64,000 nucleotides of DNA, taken from Blasia pusilla. Taxonomy: Eukaryota. The translations under genes were made by a program, and so were the position numbers. The first letter of the stretch is position 1, and the number at the start of each line of letters is the position of its first letter. Of this stretch, positions 12,271 to 22,502 are shown piece by piece. The notes below the pieces were generated by a model. The model saw only the letters and a list, made by a program, of their open reading frames with translations. It had not been told where the DNA came from and ran no database searches. The stretch covers positions 28,830,001-28,894,000 of the forward strand of contig CM114271.1 in the NCBI GenBank assembly GCA_050084515.1, given 5' to 3'.

Positions 12271-15200
12271 CTTGGGAGTGGCTAAGCAACATCGGATGAG
12301 ATCGCGACAGATCACAGCGGTTGTGTTGGTGAGCCCCATGCCTACCGAGACGGTGGAGGCACTGGCTAGGGGCGAGACCCGAGGAGATCGACACACCAAG
12401 GGAGATCTAGAGAGACACCCTTGGACTTCTTGGGATGTTTTGCAGGTACGCCAGGAGATGATAGCCACAACATCGAGCGTGGTTCCGGGCACTGCATGTG
12501 GAGGAGATCAGAGTTTGCAGTTGGCTATAGGAGAGCGGTCGAGTGTTGTTGTTCGAGACGGGGTTGCACCATAGCAACCACCGATATCCGCATCGGAGAG
12601 TCCTACCGTAGTCACGATGGAGACTTGGGAGCCAAATATGGGCCCTAAGTTGATAGTAGGAGATCGGTGCCGAATACATCCGTTCCTCAGGAGTTATAGG
12701 AGCTGCTTTGCGTTTAGCATGGAGGATTTGGGTACGCTGAAGGGACCGGGGATCCGCATTGAGTTGTCGAGTGATACGCCGATCTTCCGACGACCCTACA
12801 TGTACAGTGATATGGAGAGGGCTCCGATTCAGAGTCGAAGCCAGGACTTGGTTGGAGCAGGACTAGTGGAGATGTCGCATGGGGAGTATGCATCTACCAC
12901 TGTCATGCCCGCCAAGAAGGATGGGCATGGTAATTGGACGCATAGGCGGATGTGTGGGGATTACCGATCTATCAATCGACAGACAAAGTCCGATAGGTAT
13001 GCCATGCCCACCCCTGAGGAGATCTTTGATGCGATTCGTCGTGCAAAGGTTTTCAGTTCATTGGATTTGCGAGCCAGATACCATCAGCTGCCTATCAGAT
13101 TGGAGGACAGGCACAAGACGGCATTTTGGGGCATCGATCCTCATGGGAAGGATTGTTTGTACCAATGGCGGTTCTTACCATTTGGGTTAAAGAACGCCCC
13201 GGCTGAGTTTTAGAGGGTCATGGATAGGATCTTGGCTGGTCTGGATTTTGGTAGGTGCTATATTGATGACATGGTAGACTTTAGCGCCACGATTGAGGAG
13301 CATGAGCGACATCTAAAGGAGGTGTTTGGAAGATTGCAATTACATGGGCTGAAGCTACATCCAGACAAGTGCAAGTTCTTCTACGACCAGATTGAGTATT
13401 CGGGTCATACAACCTAGGGGGCCTTGGTGTTTAGCAGACAAAAGTAGAGGCTATCTCACGCATTCCACGCCCTACAGATGTGAGCCGTGTTCACGCATTC
13501 ATGCGATTGGCGAACTTCTATCGGCGGTACGTCAAGGGATTCAGTTCGATTGCAAAGCCGTTGACCTTGCTGACCAACGTGGATCACGAGTGGCACTAGG
13601 GGGATGAGCAGGAGCGAGCATTTCAGTTGCTCAAAGATATGTTGATGTTCGCGCCCATCTTGAGGAGACCAATCAAGGGGCGTCCTTTCCAGTTGCACAC
13701 AGATTGGAGCATGTTGGGGCTTGAAGCGGTGCCCACCCAGTATGATGATGAGGGTAGAGAGTTTGTGGTGGCTTACGCTAGCCGCTCAAACAATGCTGCA
13801 AGGCAAAGTATAGCTCGTATGAGGGTGAGTGCTTGGCTGTGGTGTGGGTTGTCGCGCATTTCAGGTATTACTTATTCGGCAATCCCTTTACCATCATCAC
13901 TGATCATCAACCACTGAAGTGGTTGATGGAGTCCGACAAGCTTACACGGAAGCTTGCGAGATGGGCTCTGTTGTTGCAGGAATATGATTTTCAGGTGGTA
14001 CATAGACTTGGGAGGCTCAACCAGGATGTAGATGGGTTGAGTCGTAACCCATGCCCAAGTCAACGAGATGCAACTAGAGCTTGATGGCATGGAGAGAGTG
14101 ATGAGAAGTCAATGCAAGGATGGCACGCGTCAGCCTATTTAGGCATGTTGGCTATGGAGAGCCAGAGTATGGAGATTTCAATGGCGAGGTCTAGTGAAGA
14201 GTCCTTGGAACCCGAGGCCAGTGAGGAGACGAGAGATGGCCGAGATATTCATGATGATGGAGTAGTCTTGGAGTACCTTCGGACTGGCAGCATTGCGAGC
14301 ACCGTGGGTGCTAGAGAGCAAGATCGGATCCTGCAGCGGGCCAGACGGTTCCGTTGGGAGGGGACACATGTTTCAAGGGTTTGGGAGGATGGCAGAGTAC
14401 GCATAGTGCCGCATCCTTCGCAGAGAGCACAACTAGTGCAGCATGCCCACGAGGAGTTGGGTCACTTTGGGGTGAAGCGGACGTACAACTTGCTTCAGAT
14501 TCAGTATTGGTGGCGAGGCATGCAGACTGACGTTCAGCAGTTTATTGCGAGGTGCATGGTGTGTGATCGGATCTGAGCATCGTTCAATGCTCCGACTCCA
14601 CAGTTGCATCTATTACCGATCATGGGCTTAGGGTATAGATGGAGTTTGGATTTTGCAGGACCTTTGCCTTTGACGGAGCGTCACAGTCGTTATGTGTTGG
14701 TGATGGTTGAGCACTTCTCGAAGTGGATCGAGTTGGTTACATTGCCTGATAAAGCGAGTGAGGGAGTAGCTCATGCCTTCCTTGATAGAGTGCTGAGTCA
14801 TTATGGCGCACCGACTGAGGTGTTGACAGACCAGGGTACCGAGTTTTGCGGTGAGTTCCACGCCTTGTGTGATTAGGCATTGATCGACCATCGCATAACT
14901 TCGCGAGATCATCCTAAGGCGGATGGATTAGAGGAGAGAGTTGTGTAGACAGTGAAGAGGGGTTTACGCAAGTATGGCTTGCAGAGAGGTCACCTAGGAG
15001 ATTGGGACCTTCAGTTGCCCCGGTTGGCGATAGGATACAGATTCAGCAGGCAAGCATCCTTAGCGTCTTTTTCACCGTACTTGCTACTTTATGGCCGAGA
15101 GCTAGATTTACCTATGGCCATTCGTTGAGATGATGGTGAGGTGCTGGACCTTGATGACCCAGATGTATGGATGCGAGCATGTTCTTAGAGGGCTGAGTTG

Positions 15201-15525
15201 TTTCAGAGAGTGATGCCCATGGCGTTCGAGAACTTGGCGATTGAGGTATACGACTATTCGGGGTGGTGGTTATCGACCAACTATCCGTAGGTTTCATCAG
15301 GGAGATTATGTCTACTTGCAGCAGACGACACCGACGACGTTGGATGTGACTCCAGGGTGCATTATCCTGAGAGTGCGTGATGTTTTGCCATCCGGTGTTC
15401 TCTTGTTGGAGAGACGTGATGGTATGGTATGGAAGGACCATGTGCGTAATTGTGCGCCATGTCACCTTCCTAACATTGATGGTACAATAGATCCGAGCTT
15501 AGCAATAGTTCCTACAGGCTTGCAT

Positions 15526-15663
15526 TGTATGTTGTGTGGTTCTGCCCGTGGTGCGACCACGATGCTAGTCTGTGATGGATATTCGAGAGGTTGGCATATG
15601 GCATGTCTGATGCCACCTCTCACTAGGGTTCCTCGGAGACGATGGATGTGTCCCAAATGTACA
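15526..15663 (+). other. PHD finger at the integrase C-terminus (copy 1)
   Basis: CMLC..MLVCDG(Y)SRGWHMACLMPPL..VP...WMCPKC fits C4-H-C3 with the conserved W; the fourth Cys has decayed to Tyr here but is intact in copy 2. Confidence 0.88.
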
Positions 15664-15850
15664 TAGAGGAGATACTAGGTAGGTTTCGATTCCGAATTTT
15701 TCTGTGACATGGATGACAGGAAGGTGACTAACGATGGGGCCATATGAGCACCCGACCTTCTTGCTCTTAGCGTTTGAGAGATGTATGTCACGGTAGGTAT
15801 GGATAGATGGCTATCTAGAGTTAGAGGGGCCTAACCACCAGCTAGGGGGG

Positions 15851-15976
15851 TGATTGGAGATATTTTAGTACTTCTTGTCTCGTTGGATGTCATGAGTAAG
15901 CATGGGATCGTGCGTGTTTGTGTGTGTGTTCGGTGATAGCGATGTATGTTGTGTAGCGATGTGTATGTGCACGACA
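15851..15976 (+). repeat. Repeat B1 of copy 1, directly after the polypurine tract (AGGGGGG, 15844-15850)
   Basis: TGATTGGAG...GTGCACGACA; repeated at 16492-16602. Confidence 0.88.
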
Positions 15977-15978
15977 AC

Positions 15979-16602
15979 TGTCCCGTCTTTTAGGATAGAT
16001 CGGTGAGATGTAGTAGAGCGCCTTCGTGAGTAGTGGAGGACACACTCAGTAGGTCGCAGATGACTTGCTGAGGCCCCGAGAAACCTGAGAGAGAAGGTTT
16101 TCCCTTCATTTCGGCTGATTTGGAGCCATATTGAGGAACTTACTATTTAAGGTAAGTACCATTTTGAATATATGATCGACTTCCTATTTTTGGTAAGTAA
16201 CCCTTGACCTCCTACATCAGGTCAAGAGCCAAGGAGGTGACTTGGGAGAATAGGTTACCATGGAGAGAGCTTGAGAGAGGGGAGGGGTATACCTCAAGGA
16301 GAGAGAGCTTGAGAGTTCATTCTCTCTTTGTTGAACCTCTTGGCATGAGGCGGTGGAGTTATGGTCCCTTGTCTTGTGAGTATAACCCAAGCCTCTCATT
16401 AGGAGAGTGGGTTTGGTTTGACATGAGAGAGAGTGCAGACCTTTGAGAACTATGGTGTGAGATGGTATAGAGAGAGATTGGATCTTACTTTATTGGAGGT
16501 ATTTTCGTACTTCTTGTCTCGTTGTTTGGATGCCATGAGTTAGCATGGGATCGTGTGTGTTTGTGTGTGTGTTCCGTGACAGCGATGTGTATGTGCACGA
16601 CA
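15979..16602 (+). repeat. A2 (15979-16492) fused to B2 (16492-16602)
   Basis: A2 matches A1 and B2 matches B1. Separated from B1 by the 2-bp spacer AC. Confidence 0.9.
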
Positions 16603-17005
16603 ATATTCAGTCATTTACATGTATCTTTTGATACTTTCCTGAAAACATCTACTCATCACTCCCTCGAGAATCATCACCTTGCCCCTTCTTGTAGTCCTTC
16701 TCTCTCGGTAGTTACTACCTATTCTCGGCAATGCATCTCAGTGGCCTTACAATGTGCACAAGCCTTGGCATTGATACATCGTGCAGAGGTGGTGGGGAGT
16801 CACTCACCTCGTCGTCCATTCATGTCTAACCAACCTCTCGTGTTCTTGTCAGTTTGTTTCAGGCTATCAATCATGTATCTCGTTGAGCCGATGTTTGCGT
16901 TGGCTTGTTGCCATTTTCTTTTTGCATTCGTTTATGCATTTTTTGACTCCTCTTTTGAGTTGGTATTACCTTTCTTTGTCCTCTTTTGAGGTTTATTTTA
17001 TAATA
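16603..17005 (+). mobile_element. CRE-like non-LTR element, right part (end of the RLE domain and 3' region)
   Basis: FSHLHVSFDTFL....ISVALQCAQALALI continues the RLE domain cut at 6154. The 3' boundary is approximate. Confidence 0.7.
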
Positions 17006-17089
17006 AAGTGGATATAGAAATTTTTTACTCTTTCCATATACATGTTTAAACTTCTCATAGCATTCTCACGTACACTTTGGAATATAATA

Positions 17090-17763
17090 TCTATGTATCT
17101 GTATATATTATAAAGGGCAAACCCATATGCACGAATAATACCAAAAAATAATAAGATAATAAAACAAAATAGAAACATGCGAAAATGGGTCCAAATGTTT
17201 TCCTCGACCTTATAAGATGGGTAGAAAAATGAAATTGATGAAAAAAAAATTTCGAATTATAAAATTAGGATAAATAAAAAAATTATATTTTAATGGATCA
17301 TAAAAAGTGTATATAAAATATAATCATGAGATAAAGATCATTAAAAAAAGCATTCCTTGACTCATGGGAAGGAAAAACATATTTTATTGGAAATGGAATA
17401 GATACTTTCGAAATTTTATGGAAGGGTGGAAAAGAATGAAATTTTAAATAATCAAATTATTCTCATGTCATATTTTGGAAGGAAAATTAATTTTAATGGA
17501 AATGGGAGATGATTTCGCTAATTGAGATTAACTAAGAAGTTAAATGATCAATATCATTTTGGTGGGAAAAATAGAAAAGGAAGAATAGATATTGTTCAAA
17601 CTTTCGTAGAGGAGTGAAATTAATCAGGGGAAATGAGTTTTATTTACAAATAATTTTTTTATTCTTTTAAGATTTAAAAATATATAAATTACACTCAAAT
17701 GTTTTAATGGAAATATTCCTGGAATATTAAAAATTATTTTTTGTGCACGGTCATGCTAACTAG
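17090..17763 (+). mobile_element. AT-rich non-autonomous Helitron-like element
   Basis: 5' end A|TCTATGTATCTGTATATATTATAAA; 3' end GCACGGTCATGCTAACTAG|T (half hairpin plus CTAG); no TSD, inserted in AT. Confidence 0.55.
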
Positions 17764-17919
17764 TATCTAATATGACGGATCATTAGAAAATTATTTATCA
17801 TTGAGGTGTAGGGGATTACTTATGCTATAGGCGCATAGTGTAATTCTCCATTTGTTTTGTGATTCTTTCATATTTATTGAGCTAACACACAACCAATATA
17901 TATGCTCTTATAAGAATAA

Positions 17920-18846
17920 CTAGTTAGCATGCCGTGCTTACACATGATTTTTTTTTCCTAATTAGCATTCTTTTAAATTGTAAGAAAATGAATTTTCTAA
18001 TAATTGAAAACTCTTTTTCAATTAAAAATTCAAATATACTTTCCATTTTTGTAAATTTTAAAAGATTGATAGCATTTCACTTTTAAATAATACCTTACTC
18101 TCCTAAATAGTTTTACTCCTCCATAAAAGTTTGAACCATTTTGATTAAGTTAAAATATTTCCAAGGGGACCGTCGAGGTTACATTAGTTTGTTAGAGGGC
18201 CCCTTAAGCAAATTCCTCCCATTTCTACTCTTCCTACCAAAATAACATCCACTAACTAAATTATAAGTTAACTTTAATTAACTAAATCATTTCCCTTTTC
18301 CATTCAAATTCATTTTCCATTCCCAAAATATGGAATATGAATATTTTCAAAAATAATCATATTTTTCATTTAAAAGTTCAAATCTAAATTTTCTTTCCTT
18401 AAATCTTGGAAGAGTAATAACATTTTGCTATTCTAAGTAATTCCACTCCTCACTTAATAAATAAAAATATTCCAATCCCCTAAATAATCACACCCTTCCA
18501 TAAAAAATTTTAAATATCTACTCTTCCTCTATTAAAATTTATTTTCTTTCCCATCAAATATGACTCAAAGAATTTTAAAAAAATTGGCTATTTTTCTATT
18601 GCTTTCATTATTAGTTATTATGCACACTTAGCATCATTTGTTATGATGTAAATTATTAATCAAAATTTTTTTTTTATTCCATTCAATTTCATTCTCTATA
18701 CCCATCTACTAAGATCTAAAGAAAAAACGAAGCATATTGTTGTTTTGCCATATTTTTTACTATATTATCGTATTATGCATATGGAGTCGCTACTTATCAT
18801 ATAGATTATTTTATTGTGCATGTTGGGCCGCAAATTATTATATAGA
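17920..18846 (-). mobile_element. Related Helitron-like element, tail-to-tail with the previous one
   Basis: Minus strand reads A|TCTATATAATAA.. and ..TAAGCACGGCATGCTAACTAG|T. Confidence 0.55.
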
Positions 18847-20619
18847 TACCCATACATAGTACTTTTATAAATCAAGTGAGGCCAAGGTTACCACAAGCCC
18901 CAATATTTGATGTAAATTGTTTTAATAAGCATATTGGAATACTTCTAGCACGATTTTTCAAAGAATTTGTGTTGATGGGAAATGGAAACATGCATACAAT
19001 GAACATATAAGAGAAATGGAAGAGGAAGTCCATTTTTGCTCAATTCAAAAGTAAATAACACAATGTAAATAAATCACTAAATATATAACAATTCATGAAA
19101 ATACAAAATGACCTGTTTTGTTTGTGTGCTCATTATAGAGTTTTGAGGGAACCTAAACATGGAGGTGAAAAACTTGACATACAAGAATGTGCTATCATTG
19201 TAGTTCCTCGATTATTTGACTACTTGGAAAATTAAGGTATTTGACCTATTAACTTCAAATTTTTTTAGAATCTTTTTTTGTAAAAGTATTACATTATTAA
19301 TCCTAAGAATGCTCTACTCTGTGAACATATTTGTCATATAATTAGGATTTCTCTGATATCAAAGTTGAGACCATCATTTTTAGACTTTTTTTTCTCATAT
19401 AAGGGGACCGTTTAGATTTATGGTGCTAAATGAGAAATGGATGTTGATTATCCAACATCATGGGAGACAAAATACACTAATTTCTTATCTATACTATTAA
19501 AATCAAGAGCACGTGCTATTATAGGACAAAATTATCAACCAACATAAAATTTGTTAGAGGAAGGAGCATAACTTTACAAGGATCATGGCCTCTTGGAAGT
19601 GATCTACATTGATTTTTGGAAAGTGGGATCGAAAGGAATTGAAACATTACTCAGAAATTTTGAATTCCACTACTCCACTTCATCATGCGTAGCAAGGAAA
19701 TATTGGCTAGTTAGAAGATGGAGTAAAACTATAAAAATCTTCTAATATTAAATTAGGGATGAAAATCAAACCAAAGATAATACAAATGTTCATTTAATAG
19801 TGTGTTGGTGAGGTTAATCTTTGGACAACTTGTTTTAAGTGGGGACTCTTAGATTCATGCTCCATCAACTTTAGAGTGAGTTCACTCTACTTTTATGTGG
19901 AGATCCTAGGAGGAGTGCTAGGATCTTTTATATTACCTCTAAAAATATCCCATAAAAGGAACTTTAAGGATATACAGTTAGACTTCTAGGACAATATTTT
20001 TTTATTATTGTAGATGCCTCTTTGATTTTTGGACTCCTCTCACATTGACACCTCCCCCTTAAGCCATTAAGATTGTTCACTCTCTCACCTAATAAGATCA
20101 TTCAAAACTGATTTAAGTGGTTTAATCATTCAATTGCAAGGTAATGATGAGAAATTCAAAATTATTTATCATTTCTATTTCCATGCACCAACTAGGATTT
20201 TCTAGAGCATGAATTATCTTATCTATGTTATAAGGAGAGTACACGATTTTACAAATATTATCAAAAGATCAGATTATTGTAATTTATCAACCGTCTTTGT
20301 AAAGACTAGAAAATTGTATTCCAATTTATTTTCAAAGAATCTGATTTCTTCCCTAAACAAAAAATATCTAAATGAATTAAAATCATACTCACTTGGTGCA
20401 ACCTATGAAGGTATACTAATATATATGTGTGCAAGACATAATTAAGATTGGGCTCAAATTCAGAATATAAGGTTATCTATATTATCATCAATATTAGCGG
20501 TTAAGAAATGTAAAATAGTGTATTAACACAATACAAAAATAGTTGTCATTTTGTGTTAATTACATCTACTTATCTCAATCATGAGTTTTGTTAGGGATTA
20601 AGTTAAGATAGATACAATG

Positions 20620-20747
20620 TTCTATGTATGGACATTATGTTTCCATTTTCAAACGTCGAAATTATTTTATAATTTTTTATGAAAATTATATGGGAGGACA
20701 CCTAATTTTGGCATTTGAAAATGGAACCATAGTGTCCGTACATAGAA
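20620..20747. repeat. Inverted repeat (about 45-bp arms), foldback or MITE remnant
   Basis: ttctatgtatggacattatgtttccattttcaaacgtcgaaatta pairs with taattttggcatttgaaaatggaaccatagtgtccgtacatagaa. Confidence 0.75.
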
Positions 20748-21944
20748 AATTTAATCTCTCTTCATCCCCCCCAAATGACGTCGATAAGTAAAAATGCCAT
20801 GTCATTATGTTATTCATTCTACGAAAATAGATATTATTAATTTGATTCTATATTGATATTTCAAAATATAACCCAAGAAATGATAGAGGAAGTAAGATTG
20901 AATTTTTTTTAGAAATGAGGAAGAAAGATGGGGATAAATTTTGAATTAGTTGATCCAAATCTAAAATGATGGGAATAAGAAAATATTACTAAAGATCTAG
21001 TTCAAAGTCTACCGTGAGGTAGTTAAATAAGTTTACAAAACAAAAGTTGTTAGATACAACAACAATGGGACTCATAATAGGGACCGGAATAGAAAAGAAT
21101 TTCATGAAAAAGAATTCAAATATTTAAATTGTTTCAATGTAAAAAGGTATCATGGAAGGATGAAAACGGATATATGTCGCTGAGGATGTCTCTCCGGAAC
21201 CGTCAAAACGGATGTATCTCACTAGGGACAGCAAGAAGAACACAAACCTTGCTACCCAAGCAGTGATTGACCCGAAGGGACGTGGGCCGATTGAAACGTC
21301 ATTTCCATACAAAGAGTACGAAGTGAACTTCACGATTTTGGTCTTAGATGTGTCATGAAAACTACTACAATACGACGAAATACATGGCACCAAAATCCAC
21401 GAATCGCTTGTAGAAGATCTGATCGATGAATCACCTCATAAAAAATCAAAGCAGACCAAATGCAATTGATCATACCTCATAGGAATAAGTATTCGACATC
21501 TTAATGGAAAATTCCCTCCTCGCCTAGTCATTGCCATCGATGCCTTACGTCCTAAGGATGAGAGAGTTCTACATCTCGACAAGGTTCTCGAAATTATCCC
21601 ACAACGTGATGGGATAATTTCAAACATTTCGTACGACCTATCTACTAAGCACAACCCAATAAACTGTCGAGAGAATGCGTAACCAGCCAGCGTGCCGCCC
21701 TGGGGAGAATTTTATTTTAAAACACGTGGATACGCTAGATGGAGGAAAACAAACAGCTTGTAGGGGGCAGTAGCGGCCACCGGGTTGTTCAGATCAAAAT
21801 ACCTGCAGGCAGGGAAATATCTTGGATGCGTCTATGCACAAATTTGTACCTAAAACATCGATCAAGGCAACTTAAAGTCCATCAGTTTGCCTGTAAAACT
21901 CAAGGAAACCAGTTCCTTCTTTACCTGGACCTGTCTGGCCATAA

Positions 21945-22502
21945 TTAGATTTTTCCATTCCCCACTGCTTGATCTTGCATCTCTTCCGCTGGTCTCTGTT
22001 TTTTTTCTTCCACTGTATCCTGGAGCATCTGTGGAGCGTCTTTCAAAGAAACCTCTGCATCCACAATTTTCTCCGTTTCCAATACAGGTCCATAATAATT
22101 TACATTAGCTTTCATGCACTCTGTCAAGAAGCCAGTAACAAGAGCGCACTTTTCGACCATGACGCTGCTACCTTCTTTCTCTGCTTCATCAATACAATTT
22201 TCCCATGCACTGAAGCTCTTTCCACACGGTCCTAATTTCATAAAGACACAGAAGGGGCACTCGTCGTCTTTCTTTTCGTTTTCATGATTCTGGTCATGAT
22301 ATTCCTGGAATTGGTCCTTGTTTTTATTTTCTTGTACAGAGTCGGTCTTCTCTTCGAGTTGAAGCGTAAGATTTTCTGGCACACCCGTATCGTTTTCCTT
22401 TCCTTTCGAATTCAAGTCTTCCTCTATGACATTATTTTTGGAATATTTGACTTCCAAAGACACGCTAATATCATCATGACTTTCTTCGTCGCCTGGTTTC
22501 AT
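21945..22502 (-). CDS. GCK-domain (twin-Cys, Mia40/CHCH-like) protein
   Basis: Acidic N-terminus, then ECPFCVFMKLGPCGKSFSAWENC..KC...TGFLTECMKAN..YY. A splice acceptor just upstream (~22519) suggests a further 5' exon. Confidence 0.8.
   Translation of the reverse strand: MKPGDEESHDDISVSLEVKYSKNNVIEEDLNSKGKENDTGVPENLTLQLEEKTDSVQENKNKDQFQEYHDQNHENEKKDDECPFCVFMKLGPCGKSFSAWENCIDEAEKEGSSVMVEKCALVTGFLTECMKANVNYYGPVLETEKIVDAEVSLKDAPQMLQDTVEEKKQRPAEEMQDQAVGNGKI

Larger units (their letters stand above)
8602..15666 (+). pseudogene. Disrupted gag-pol of copy 1
   Basis: Knuckles CWSCGGAHHQRDC (9574-9612) and CDYCQRYGHTRARC (9682-9723); protease LLDLGAQ (~10610); RT RMCGDYR, LDLR, PFGLKNAP, YIDD (12617-13417); RNaseH HTDWS, TDHQPL; integrase H..LGH..C..C, DFAGP, TDQG; stop at 15664-15666. 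Confidence 0.9.
6155..16602 (+). mobile_element. Ty3/gypsy-like retrotransposon copy 1, with DNMT3-like methyltransferase, PHD finger and split terminal repeats (A1..B1-A2-B2)
   Basis: Order is gag with two Zn knuckles, PR, MTase, RT, RNaseH, IN, PHD. Termini are TGCCACG.. and ..GCACGACA. 4-bp TSD GTAT/ATAT; removing the element restores the flanking CRE codons ATA GAA GTA TTC AGT CAT (I-E-V-F-S-H). Confidence 0.92.

Noticed and set aside
15979-16602. Reading A2+B2 as an ordinary 3' LTR
   Set aside because: The PPT precedes B1, not A2; the 5' end has no B; and copy 3 shows the same extra B1 and 2-bp spacer.
6155-16602. DIRS/Ngaro tyrosine-recombinase element
   Set aside because: It encodes an aspartic protease and an HHCC/DDE integrase and has a TSD; no tyrosine-recombinase motifs were seen.
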